Position numbers and translations under genes: made by a program | Assembly: GCA_963921275.4 (NCBI GenBank) | Contig: OZ001293.3 | Coordinates: 2,336,001-2,400,000, forward strand | DNA length: 64,000 bases | Source: an uncultured Hormoscilla sp. | GTDB lineage: Bacteria > Cyanobacteriota > Cyanobacteriia > Cyanobacteriales > Desertifilaceae | Reading direction: 5' to 3' | Notes under the pieces: generated by a model | What the model was told of the DNA's origin: nothing | Database searches by the model: none | What the model saw: the letters and a program-made list of their open reading frames with translations, nothing else | Shown: piece by piece, positions 1-8,601 of the stretch | Layout: every line of letters begins with the position of its first letter | How positions within the stretch are numbered: the stretch's first letter is position 1

Positions 1-169
1 GTTCTGGCTTGACTAAGATACTATCTTTTTCTATTGCTTGACCGGAAATGATATCAACTACGCAAATTCCGACCTCGATGACTTCATTTTCTTGACCTGC
101 TGGCGGTTTACCTTGCCAGCAAGTCGCTTCTACGTCTACTACGATGATTCGATCTAGTTTATCTCCCAT
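1..169 (-). CDS. DEDDh 3'-5' exonuclease (ERI-1/KapD-like), N-terminal part; runs off the window edge
   Basis: Manual translation from ATG at 169: MGDKLDRIIVVDVEATCWQGKPPAGQENEVIEVGICVVD, with the ExoI D-x-E-x-T and EIIEIG-like motifs. Confidence 0.8.
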   Translation of the reverse strand, partial: MGDKLDRIIVVDVEATCWQGKPPAGQENEVIEVGICVVDIISGQAIEKDSILVKPE

Positions 170-208
170 TTTTACACAAACGAGCGGGCTGCGGCCCACC
201 CAATAAGA

Positions 209-601
209 TTAACTATCTCGCGCGATCGCCTCTGGTTTCAGTAAGTTTGCCAATTTTTCTTTCGACCAAGTTTGCGTGGGATAGGCGATCGCGAATATCG
301 ATTCCAGCCGAATCAACCACGTGATACATTTATATTCATCATCGTCTTCGTCATATTCATCGGGAGGTACTAACAGGATAATTTCCACAAACTCCTGGTC
401 CAAATTTATCGGGATACCAGAGAAACTGTCCTCGGCTTCAATCTGAATTTTGCTCCCGCGATCGAGGGCTTCTTTTAACCGCTGGTACAGCAGATTATAC
501 TTTTTCACCTGGGATTTTTTTGCCAAAATTTTTCTCCCTAAATTGCAAATAATGCTCGATTGAACTGGTCCGGATTCTCTCACAGAAGGGGCGATCGCCA
601 C
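209..601 (-). CDS. Hypothetical protein (true start probably downstream of 601)
   Basis: 130-aa ORF co-oriented with its neighbours, protein-like composition. Confidence 0.55.
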   Translation of the reverse strand: MAIAPSVRESGPVQSSIICNLGRKILAKKSQVKKYNLLYQRLKEALDRGSKIQIEAEDSFSGIPINLDQEFVEIILLVPPDEYDEDDDEYKCITWLIRLESIFAIAYPTQTWSKEKLANLLKPEAIARDS

Positions 602-605
602 CTAT

Positions 606-957
606 TTAACTTCTTTGGCGACGCACTTGTATGCGCCGGTCAGCCTTCTGCTTCCTCACCCATGACAAGAATTTTTCCATCTGAGGCTCGTTTTTCAGTT
701 TTTCTATGGTATTGAATTCCTCCGCCAAGCGCTTGTTGTCAAACTTAGCATGGATCTGTCCGTGACAAGCAGCACAGATCTCAACGGTTGGACCGGGAGA
801 CTGCTTTTTCCGTTTTGTCCTCTGTCGGGGTACTAGATGATGAACGGTCAGCTACCTCATCTTGACGAATGCGATCGAGAATTGTCAAGTAGTCGGGATG
901 CTGTTCGGCAAACCGTTGTCTCACCGCTGCGGCTGCCACTTGGTAAGCTATTTCCAT
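606..957 (-). pseudogene. HNH endonuclease (YisB-like) remnant joined out of frame to the N-terminus of another gene
   Basis: 852-606 reads LTVHHLVPRQRTKRKK...ICAACHGQIHAKFDNKRLAEEFNTIEKLK...FLSWVRKQ with no start. An upstream ATG at 957 (MEIAYQVAAAAVRQRF...) is in another frame. Confidence 0.65.
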
Positions 958-1140
958 TTTTACCTCTCGTTATCAATTTTCAATAATCGACTAATAGAAT
1001 TGAGCCATTAATATAATTGTTGGCTAATTTGAGCATGCAACTGTTATTATAGCCGACAATGATAGCATAATTATGAGCAATTGAAAAAAAATATGCTATT
1101 AGTAAACAGGACCGTCAAACTCCGAACCTAACCATCATTA

Positions 1141-2061
1141 ATGAAAACTGATTCCATATTTTATAAGTTATTCCAAAGGTTCCCGAGGATATTCTTTGAA
1201 CTCATCAGTCAATTGCCAGAACATCCGGAAGCATACAGATTCACTTCGGTAGAAATCAAACAGCCAACATTCCGGATGGATGGGCTGCTGAAGCTGCCTG
1301 ATGATACCATAGATGAACCAGTATACATCATCGAGGTGCAGTTTCAGCCCTTACCAGACTTCTACTGGCGTCTTTTTGCTGAAATCTCTCTCTACTTGGA
1401 ACAAGAGAAATCAGAGCGAGATTGGCAAGCAGTCGCGATATTTGCAAAGCGCAGTCTAGATCCGGTGTGCCGAGGCAATATCGGGGGTTTCTGATGTCTG
1501 AGCAAGTGACCCGCATCTATCTGGATGAGTTGGGTCCGGCAGCAGACCAGTCAGTGGGTTTGGGGATGATACAATTAATTGTAGAACCGGAATCAACCGC
1601 TGTTGAGCGATCGCGGCGCTTAATCCAGCAAGCACAGCAGGCGCTCAGGGAAGAAGCGATCGCTCATGATGTTCTAGAATTGATTAAGACGATCGTCTTC
1701 TACAAGTTTAAAAACCTAAGTAGTAAGGAGATTGAAGAAATGTTCAAATTGAGCGATTTAAAATAGACGAGGGTCTACCAAGAAGGCAAGGAATAAGTTA
1801 GAAACAATCCCTTTGTTTTTGCAACTGGGCTTGACAGTTGAACAGGTTGAGGAAATGTTATCCTTGAACGAATTTAAAATTACCAGGTTTTATCAAGAAG
1901 TTCAGGAAGAAAGCTTGTTAGAAAAAGTTCCTCGGCTATTGGCATTGGGTTTGACTGTCGAACAGTTGGCCCAAACATTAGATTTGGATATTGAAGTGGT
2001 GCGCCAAGCAGCATCACTGTCTGGATATGATACCGATCGGGGGGAAAATACAGTCAATTGA
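1141..2061 (+). pseudogene. Rpn family / DUF2887 protein, frameshifted with internal stops
   Basis: Typical MKTDSIFYKLFQ...FTSVEIKQPTFRMDG start; split into ORFs 1141-1494, 1422-1766 and 1813-2061. Confidence 0.85.
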
Positions 2062-2589
2062 CCTCTGGGGGGACATCTCAATTATGAGATACTCCCGACC
2101 TCTGGTTCCCAGGTTCTACCTGGGAACAGTATTCGGAGGCTCCCGCCTCTAAAAATTCCATCTCGGGTTAAGTCTCTCGCATCTTTAAAAAAATGGTATA
2201 AGCTAATTGTAGCTACCCTTGACAAAATGGTATTAGAGTCTATCCGTACCCAACTGTTGGTTGATTGACTCGCGTCTGGGGTGCATCTCATATTCGCAAA
2301 TCTATCTGTAGGGGCAAAGCATTCGGACGACAAATCATGACATAAAAAGTTATGCACTAGAGACGCAACACTGCGCATCTCTAGTATAGCTACTTATCAT
2401 CCCGAATCGGTAGCTGGGTCTCTATAATCTCCGCGCGCGCCGAAGGCGATCGATATCGACTCGTTTACCCTCCGGTGAATGGTAGTAGCCGGCATCGATA
2501 ATTTTCAGCGTCTCTTGCGGGATCGCCATCCGCTTCACTATCTTTTCTCCAAATGACTCTTACTAAAATATTACACCATTATCGATTTG

Positions 2590-2651
2590 TCTCATAGCCC
2601 GCCCGGGGTTCAAACCCCGGGCTAATAGCTAAAGTCGGTTGAAAACCGACT
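2590..2651. repeat. Dispersed REP-like double-hairpin repeat; related copies near 22425-22485, 31185-31270, 36407-36429 (truncated) and 51841-51902
   Basis: TCTCATAGCCCGCCCGGGGTTCAAACCCCGGGCTAATAGCTAAAGTCGGTTGAAAACCGACT recurs in either orientation. Confidence 0.75.
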
Positions 2652-2692
2652 TGTAGAACATTTAGAGACATTAAAATTGGCGTTAAGCCAAG

Positions 2693-2735
2693 TACCCCTG
2701 GCAGGATTTGAACCTGCAAAGACGCCGCTCCTGAA
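2693..2735 (-). pseudogene. 3' half of a tRNA (probably Leu-CAG); 5' half deleted
   Basis: Reverse complement TTCAGGAGCGGCGTCTTTGCAGGTTCAAATCCTGCCAGGGGTA has a T-arm and acceptor 3' strand. Confidence 0.6.
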
Positions 2736-2809
2736 TAAGCGATCGTCGGGTGCAACGATAATACATGTAATCTAGCCCGCGCAGGCGGGCTTTGTTTGTG
2801 TAGCCCCAC

Positions 2810-3105
2810 CCAGCGTATTAGCCTTATTCCGCTGGTTCTCAATGACGACGTTTAATGAACTTTCGCTTTCGCTAGTCATGGTCACTTACTCGACGTTGAC
2901 CGGTTTTAGGCTACCAGTTTTTCGCCTTTTAACCCCGCTTTACGGATTGATGCCATCGCTACCGTAGGGGTTATGTTTTTACTCCTGCACCTGGAGAGGT
3001 GGGCTTTCACCACCATCATCTATAAGTTCTCGGGGCTAATGTAACCCCGGTAGCGGTCCCACTCCTTGACTTGTGCCAAGTCAGTTTACGTTAAACGAAT
3101 CGCAC
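2810..3105 (-). mobile_element. Truncated group IIB intron (5' part of domain I) inserted in a tRNA gene
   Basis: Reverse complement starts GTGCGATTCGTT at 3105 and is collinear with the complete intron at 24401 (CGCTA..CATTAGCC..GAACT; GAACCAGCG.AATAAGGCTA..CGCTGG). It stops at a REP-like repeat at ~2810. Confidence 0.8.
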
Positions 3106-3128
3106 CCCTACCATTGAGCTATGAGGCA
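3106..3128 (-). pseudogene. 5' exon (23 nt) of an intron-split tRNA; identity uncertain (U1 would fit Asn)
   Basis: Reverse complement TGCCTCATAGCTCAATGGTAGGG = acceptor 5' strand plus D-arm, directly abutting the intron GTGCG. Confidence 0.7.
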
Positions 3129-3135
3129 ATAGCAA

Positions 3136-3209
3136 CCCCCCAGGTCAGAATTGAACTGACGACCTCCTGTTCTTCACACAGGCGCTCTGACCAACTGAGC
3201 TACCGAGGG
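3136..3209 (-). tRNA. trnF: tRNA-Phe(GAA)
   Basis: Anticodon arm CCTGT-GTGAAGA-ACAGG; T-arm GTCAG-TTCAATT-CTGAC. Confidence 0.8.
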
Positions 3210-3213
3210 AAAA

Positions 3214-3288
3214 CGAGAGCGGAGGGATTTGAACCCCCAAGTCTTCAGTTTCGTAGACTGACGTGTTCTCCAGTTACACTACGCTCTC
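3214..3288 (-). tRNA. trnR: tRNA-Arg(ACG)
   Basis: Anticodon arm TCAGT-CTACGAA-ACTGA; acceptor GAGAGCG/CGCTCTC. Confidence 0.9.
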
Positions 3289-3292
3289 AAAG

Positions 3293-3381
3293 CGGAGAGG
3301 GAGGGATTTGAACCCTCGACGGTTTTTTAAACCGCTCTTTCTTAGCAGGAAAGTGCCTTATGACCACTCGGCCACCTATCC
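3293..3381 (-). tRNA. trnS: tRNA-Ser(GCT)
   Basis: Anticodon arm CTTTC-CTGCTAA-GAAAG; long variable arm. Confidence 0.88.
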
Positions 3382-3385
3382 AACA

Positions 3386-3467
3386 TGGGCCAGGTAGGAT
3401 TTGCACCTACAACGCATCAAGCGGGGGTTTTACAGACCCTTGCCCACGCTAATAGGCGGGCTGACCC
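3386..3467 (-). tRNA. trnY: tRNA-Tyr(GTA), atypical D-arm
   Basis: Anticodon loop CTGTAAA; acceptor GGGTCAG/CTGGCCC; T-loop GTGCAAAT deviates from consensus. Confidence 0.7.
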
Positions 3468-3498
3468 AAAATTTTTGCCCTCAAAAAATGAAGGCTAA

Positions 3499-3571
3499 TA
3501 GCCCCAACGGGAATCGAACCCGTGTCTTCTGATCGAAAGTCAGAAATCCTTGACCGCTAGACGATGGGGCC
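3499..3571 (-). tRNA. trnE: tRNA-Glu(TTC)
   Basis: Anticodon arm TCTGA-CTTTCGA-TCAGA; canonical GGTTCGATTCC. Confidence 0.9.
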
Positions 3572-3574
3572 ATT

Positions 3575-3649
3575 TGGCGCGGGGATTAGGATTTGAACCT
3601 AAAATTCCAGTTTTGGAGACCGGAGTGTTGCCAGTTACACCATCCCCAC
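3575..3649 (-). tRNA. trnW: tRNA-Trp(CCA), CCA end encoded
   Basis: Anticodon arm CCGGT-CTCCAAA-ACTGG. Confidence 0.88.
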
Positions 3650-3651
3650 AT

Positions 3652-3727
3652 TGGTGGCAGCGGCGGGACTCGAACCCGCATCGACCAAGTTATGAGCTTA
3701 GCGCTTTGACCATTAAGCTATGCTGCT
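3652..3727 (-). tRNA. tRNA with CAT anticodon (Met or Ile2), CCA encoded, two acceptor-stem mismatches
   Basis: Anticodon arm CTAAG-CTCATAA-CTTGG; acceptor AGCAGCA/CGCTGCC. Confidence 0.8.
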
Positions 3728-3737
3728 CGATCGCCAG

Positions 3738-3810
3738 AGGGGAGAGCGGGAGTCGAACCCGCGATTTTCCGCTTTGCAGGCGGACGCCTTACCAACTTAG
3801 CTATCTCCCC
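3738..3810 (-). tRNA. trnC: tRNA-Cys(GCA)
   Basis: Anticodon arm TCCGC-CTGCAAA-GCGGA; U discriminator. Confidence 0.9.
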
Positions 3811-3887
3811 TGGGAGTCCCGACGAGATTTGAACTCGCATCTTCACCTTGAGGGGGTGACGGCTTCAACCAATTTGCCTACGGGACT
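3811..3887 (-). tRNA. tRNA-Glu(CTC)-like, atypical (C33), CCA encoded
   Basis: Anticodon arm TCACC-CCCTCAA-GGTGA; acceptor AGTCCCG/CGGGACT. Confidence 0.7.
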
Positions 3888-3893
3888 TCGCGA

Positions 3894-3968
3894 CGAGGCT
3901 GACGGGATTTGAACCCGCGACTTCCTGTTCGACAGACAGGCGCTCTGGACCAACTGAGCTACAGCCTC
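3894..3968 (-). tRNA. trnD: tRNA-Asp(GTC), first gene of the array
   Basis: Anticodon arm CCTGT-CTGTCGA-ACAGG; acceptor GAGGCTG/CAGCCTC. Confidence 0.92.
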
Positions 3969-3981
3969 AAAAAAGACTATT

Positions 3982-4066
3982 CAGTTTTCAAGGTACAGTT
4001 AACTTGGGGTGGAGCTTTGAAGCTCTTTTTCCCTCGCTCTATTTTAGACTACAAATATAATACATT
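3982..4066 (-). promoter_or_regulatory. tRNA-operon promoter/leader, copy 1: tandem TGTA(G/T)T boxes, -10 TAAAAT, boxB-like hairpin, boxA-like ACCTTGAAAACTG
   Basis: Reverse complement TGTATTATATTTGTAGTCTAAAAT...GAGCTTCAAAGCTC...GTACCTTGAAAACTG; resembles rRNA-operon antitermination signals. Confidence 0.65.
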
Positions 4067-4216
4067 GATTCCCGAAAGTCTGAAAAAATTTTTTTTGGGA
4101 TTTGTTGTTGGAGATGCGATCGCCGGTCCCTGGGCAAGGATATCGCCGGTCCCTGGGCAGGCTAGACGCCCACCCTATGGGATTTTCTGAACTACAACTT
4201 CAGGGAAAAACTTATT

Positions 4217-4309
4217 CATTTTTCAAGGTACAGTTGGCTTTGGGTAGAGCTTTGAGGCTTTTCACTCTCGCCATATTATATCCTACTTTATATACTACAT
4301 AAGTGTCAA
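4217..4309 (-). promoter_or_regulatory. tRNA-operon promoter/leader, copy 2 (TTGACA, TGTAGTAT box, TATAAT, boxB/boxA-like)
   Basis: Reverse complement TTGACACTTATGTAGTATATAAAGTAGGATATAAT...AAGCCTCAAAGCTC...GTACCTTGAAAAATG; aligns with copy 1. Confidence 0.65.
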
Positions 4310-4378
4310 GGGTTTGCCGAAAATTTTTTGGGGCTCGCCGTCGGCGGATGCGATCGCCTGGGCCACGGGAGTTAGGCA

Positions 4379-4552
4379 CGAGGCTGACCGGATTTGAACT
4401 GGCGACTTACTGTTCTACTTCCAGGCGCTCTAGAGCCGGTCAAGTAGAAGCTAGATACCGGGTTTCTTGTCCAGCTATCAAGGAGAGATCGATGCTCTCA
4501 CCGGAGAAACCCGGTATCAGCACTGGCGATATAGGCCAACTGAGCTACAGCC
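4379..4552 (-). pseudogene. Degenerate copy of tRNA-Asp interrupted by a ~95-bp insertion carrying a 14-bp inverted repeat
   Basis: Both halves match 3894-3968; GATACCGGGTTTCT (4454-4467) / AGAAACCCGGTATC (4505-4518) lie in the D-arm. Confidence 0.75.
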
Positions 4553-4596
4553 AAAAGTACAGTTGGCTCGGGTACGATGATTGTTGTTAATGGGAA

Positions 4597-4626
4597 TTGA
4601 CAAGGTAGCGAGGTTGTGAGTATGAT
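4597..4626 (+). promoter_or_regulatory. Sigma70-like promoter reading into tandem array A
   Basis: TTGACA-N18-TATGAT. Confidence 0.45.
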
Positions 4627-4671
4627 AGATTAAGCTAGGGCAAATAAACCGTGCTCAACACGGTGAATTTC

Positions 4672-4901
4672 CGGCGTTGGGTAGCGAACAGTCGGCGTTG
4701 GGTAGCGAACAGTCGGCGTTGGGTAGCGAACAGTCGGCGTTGGGTAGCGAACAGTCGGCGTTGGGTAGCGAACAGTCGGCGTTGGGTAGCGAACAGTCGG
4801 CGTGGGTAGTGAACCGTGGGCGTTGGGTAGTGACTCATGGGCGTTGGGTAGTGAACCGTGGGTGTTGGATCTTCACCCGTGGGCGTTGGATTTTCACCCG
4901 T
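4672..4901. repeat. 21-bp tandem array A (CGGCGTTGGGTAGCGAACAGT x6 plus ~5 progressively diverged copies)
   Basis: Read directly; no spacers between units. Confidence 0.95.
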
Positions 4902-5146
4902 ACCTGTTAAGCACAACGAGACCGCATTAAGCACGACTAGACCCCGTTCCCCTAAACAAAACCAAGGCATTATGGAACAACCAATCCTGTTAAGAGTAGT
5001 AAGTCAAGGCCCGGCCCCAGTCCGGAATTAAATTGACTCCTTTGAAATCACTCCAAATCAGTTGTAGAATAATATAGAGGCAACTCACTCGTCTACAACT
5101 AACTCAGACCGGCAGACGGCAACCCGACCAACCCGCCTTTACTTTG

Positions 5147-5402
5147 GGGTGTGGTCAAATGTAGTTGATTAGTCAGATAGCCTCTGAAACCGGGTTAGAG
5201 CGATCGCTACAGGCGCACAAAGCAAGAAATGTTCAAGAAACCGGGTCTAGAGGGCCCCCCGTTCGCGTAGCGTGCAGCCATACTTTTCTTTCGCCAACCG
5301 GTTTTAACCGCACCCCATGGTCCCTAAAAGCTCCCAGTACGTGGTCACAAATCATCATTTAGCTCCCCCCTCGCATTCGCCAACTGGTGCAAGACCACAC
5401 CC
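5147..5402 (+). mobile_element. MITE-like unit with GGGTGTGGTC / GACCACACCC ends
   Basis: Left end GGGTGTGGTCAAATGTAGTTGAT and right end CCAACTGGTGCAAGACCACACCC match units at 14644, 14919 and 30471; related ends at 8480-8544 and 31009. Confidence 0.65.
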
Positions 5403-5429
5403 TGTATTATCTTTGTTAAACTCTGTCAA

Positions 5430-5768
5430 ATGTCCCCTGAAGACCAAAATTATGTTTGCATCGATACTAACCAGGCAGCTTGGGAACCAGGCCCGATCGC
5501 AGGTCTGCAAATAATGCCCCTGCATCGCTTTGGTACGGAACGAGTGTTTCTGATCGAGTGGGAAGCGGGAATACATTTCCCCGACTATACCTATGAGGAT
5601 GGATCGGAAGTCTTAGTTTTGGAAGGAGTTTTGGAAGATGAGCATGGTAGCTATCCCAAAGGCACTTGGTTGAGGCATCCTGTTGGCAGCAGTCACGCAG
5701 CTTTCAGTCCTTCGGGCTGTTTACTTTACGCTAAAGGCGGTCACTTGCTTCCCGACCTTAAGCAATAA
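5430..5768 (+). CDS. ChrR-like cupin domain protein
   Basis: EVLVLEGVLEDEHGSYPKGTWLRHPVGSSHAAFSPSGCLLYAKGGHL (Cupin_7 pattern). Confidence 0.85.
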   Translation: MSPEDQNYVCIDTNQAAWEPGPIAGLQIMPLHRFGTERVFLIEWEAGIHFPDYTYEDGSEVLVLEGVLEDEHGSYPKGTWLRHPVGSSHAAFSPSGCLLYAKGGHLLPDLKQ

Positions 5769-5892
5769 CCCGATGCGGATCTCTCCAGTGCCTGCTGTGA
5801 CAGTTTGTGACGCTGGAAACATCCCGCCGGAGGTTTGACCCCCGCGTTCCTAAATGGTATTAGAGGATTAAATTAATCTCAGGAAATCTCCG

Positions 5893-8379
5893 ATGGCAGT
5901 AAAAAAAACTGAAATTTATAGCTCCCTATGGGCAGGATGCGATGAATTGCGAGGTGGCATGGACGCTTCCCAGTATAAGGATTACGTCCTCACCTTGTTG
6001 TTTATGAAATATGTCTCTGATAAATATGCCGGCGATCGGGACAGTATTATTTTCGTCCCAGATGGCGCAGCTTTTGAGAACTTAGTGGCCCTTAAAGGGA
6101 ATCCCGAAATCGGAGACAAAATTAATAAAATTATTGGTCAGTTAGCAGAAGAAAATGGACTTAAAGGTGTCATTGATGTTGCCGACTTTAACGATGAGGA
6201 CAAGCTGGGCAAAGGTAAGGAGATGGTCGATCGCCTGTCTCGGTTGGTGGCGATTTTCGACGGGTTGGACTTAAGCGCGAACCGCGCTGAAGGGGATGAT
6301 TTACTGGGGGATGCCTACGAGTATCTCATGCGCCACTTTGCCACGGAGTCGGGGAAAAGTAAGGGGCAGTTTTATACCCCGGCGGAGGTGTCGCGGGTTG
6401 TCGCGAAAGTGGTGGGCGTTACGCCAGAAACCAGGCAGGATGCAACGGTGTATGACCCCACTTGCGGCTCCGGTTCCATATTGCTGAAAGTGGCAGATGA
6501 ATCTCCTAATGGCTTAACTATTTACGGGCAGGAAATGGATAACGCTACGGTAGCATTGGCGCGGATGAATATGTTTATGCACGACTGTCCGACGGCGTTA
6601 ATTGGGCAGGGCAATACTCTCTCCTCTCCTTACTGGAAAGAGACCGAGGGCAGTTTGAAAACTTTTGATTTTGCTGTTGCCAACCCGCCTTTTTCCTATA
6701 AAGCTTGGAGTAATGGGGTAGATACTACCAAGGATGAATTTAATCGGTTTGAGTATGGCGTTCCCCCGGCGAAAAACGGCGATTATGCTTTTCTGCTCCA
6801 CATTCTCAAATCATTGAAAAGTACGGGCAAGGGGGCGGTAATTTTGCCTCACGGGGTACTATTTCGGGGAAATGCTGAGGCTCGCATTCGGCAGAATTTG
6901 GTCAGCCAGGGATACATTAAGGGTATCATCGGTTTACCCCCAAACCTGTTTTATGGCACGGGCATTCCTGCTTGTATTATCGTTATTGATAAAGGGGATG
7001 CCAGCTCCCCGGGTAACGACCCTCCGCTACCCGGTCAGGGTTTGTTTATGGTGGATGCTAGCAAGGGGTTTATCAAGGATGGCAATAAGAACCGGCTGCG
7101 CAGTCAGGATATCCATAAGATTGTGGATGTATTCAATCATCAGATAGAATTGCCTCGCTACAGTCGGATGGTGAGTTTGTCCGAAATCGCAGGGAACGAT
7201 TATAATCTCAATATTCCCCGTTATATTGATTCTAGCGAACCTGAAGACATTCACGACCTCAGCGCTCACTTCAAGGGTGGCATTCCTAACAGGGATATTG
7301 ATGCCTTAAATGACTACTGGCGGGTGTTTCCCCAGGTGCGAGATGCTTTGTTTGCGCCTGGAAATCGCCCGGGATATAGCCGGAGTTTGGTAGCATCTTC
7401 TCAGGTAAAGGCGACTATTCTCAATCATCCCGAGTTCGCCGAGTTTGCCGATCGCACTCTCGCATTGTATCGCGATTGGCGCCAGCACCACGATCGGGAA
7501 CTGAAGGCGATCGCCCTTGGGGAGAAGCCGAAAGAAGCGATCGCCAAGCTATCGGAGGATTTGCTGGCGCGGTTTGCCGACTCTGACTTGCTGGATAAGT
7601 ACGACATTTACCAGCTATTGATGGACTACTGGACGGAAACGATGCAGGATGATGTTTATATACTGGTGCAAGATGGTTGGCAGGCGGGGAAGGTGCTGCG
7701 GGAGTTGGTGGCGAAAAAGGGCGAGAAGTTGAAGGAAACTCCAGATTTGATCGTCGATAAGAAAAAGTATAAAGCTGACTTGATACCGCCCAGTGCGCTC
7801 GTGGCGCGGTATTTTGCCGATAAGCAGCAGCAGATCGACGAACTACAGGCAGAATTGGATGCGGTCAGTCAGGAGTTAGAGGCGCTGATAGAGGAACATA
7901 GCGGCGAAGATGGGGCCTTAAGTGATGCCCAGACAGATGCGGGGAAGGTGACGAAAGCTAAAATAAAACAAGTCATCAAGGATAATCGACAATTATCAAT
8001 TTTTGACAATTCAGGATCCTCCCTTGATGACGAACAATTCTCAATTCTGGAACAATGCCTGAAATTGTTCGATCGAGAGGCTGCGAAGAAGAAAGCAGTG
8101 AATAATGCCCAGACAGAACTGGATAAAGCAGTGTTTTCCCAGTATGCTAAATTAACAGAGGATGAAATTAAAACTTTGGTAGTGGATGATAAATGGCACG
8201 GGACGCTAAAGGCGGCAATTGCGGCGGAGATCGAGCGGGTGACGCAGCAGTTGGCGAACCGGGTGAAGCTGTTAGAGGAACGTTATGCGGAACCTTTGCC
8301 CCAGTTGGAAGAGGAGGTTGAGGAGTTGGCCCGCCGGGTAGAAGACCATTTGCAGCAGATGGGCTTGACTGTATCTTAG
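5893..8379 (+). CDS. hsdM: Type I R-M methyltransferase subunit M
   Basis: GKSKGQFYTPAEVS, YDPTCGSGS (motif I), VANPPFS (motif IV), LPHGVLFRG. Confidence 0.97.
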   Translation: MAVKKTEIYSSLWAGCDELRGGMDASQYKDYVLTLLFMKYVSDKYAGDRDSIIFVPDGAAFENLVALKGNPEIGDKINKIIGQLAEENGLKGVIDVADFNDEDKLGKGKEMVDRLSRLVAIFDGLDLSANRAEGDDLLGDAYEYLMRHFATESGKSKGQFYTPAEVSRVVAKVVGVTPETRQDATVYDPTCGSGSILLKVADESPNGLTIYGQEMDNATVALARMNMFMHDCPTALIGQGNTLSSPYWKETEGSLKTFDFAVANPPFSYKAWSNGVDTTKDEFNRFEYGVPPAKNGDYAFLLHILKSLKSTGKGAVILPHGVLFRGNAEARIRQNLVSQGYIKGIIGLPPNLFYGTGIPACIIVIDKGDASSPGNDPPLPGQGLFMVDASKGFIKDGNKNRLRSQDIHKIVDVFNHQIELPRYSRMVSLSEIAGNDYNLNIPRYIDSSEPEDIHDLSAHFKGGIPNRDIDALNDYWRVFPQVRDALFAPGNRPGYSRSLVASSQVKATILNHPEFAEFADRTLALYRDWRQHHDRELKAIALGEKPKEAIAKLSEDLLARFADSDLLDKYDIYQLLMDYWTETMQDDVYILVQDGWQAGKVLRELVAKKGEKLKETPDLIVDKKKYKADLIPPSALVARYFADKQQQIDELQAELDAVSQELEALIEEHSGEDGALSDAQTDAGKVTKAKIKQVIKDNRQLSIFDNSGSSLDDEQFSILEQCLKLFDREAAKKKAVNNAQTELDKAVFSQYAKLTEDEIKTLVVDDKWHGTLKAAIAAEIERVTQQLANRVKLLEERYAEPLPQLEEEVEELARRVEDHLQQMGLTVS

Positions 8380-8601
8380 CCCCTACCACGCCCGCCGAAC
8401 CCTAAAGGGTCCGGCTACACGAACGAAGCCCGCCTACGCGGGCTTAATTTTCTGGGTATTCGTGATTCTCTCGTTCCCAGTGGTCATGCATTTGTCCGGC
8501 GACACCGGAGAGATCGTGAGGATCAACAGGTTTTGACCACACCCCCAAGAAACCGGGTTTCTGGGTACTCGTGATTAATTAATTGTTTGGAGAATAAAGA
8601 G

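Noticed and set aside
2693..3968. Prophage-borne tRNA cluster
   Set aside because: No phage structural, replication or integrase genes nearby; the regulatory motifs tie it to the trcR-like locus instead.
3066..4590. Plus-strand ORFs over the tRNA array
   Set aside because: They are antisense shadows of tRNA genes and leader DNA, with no protein-like features.
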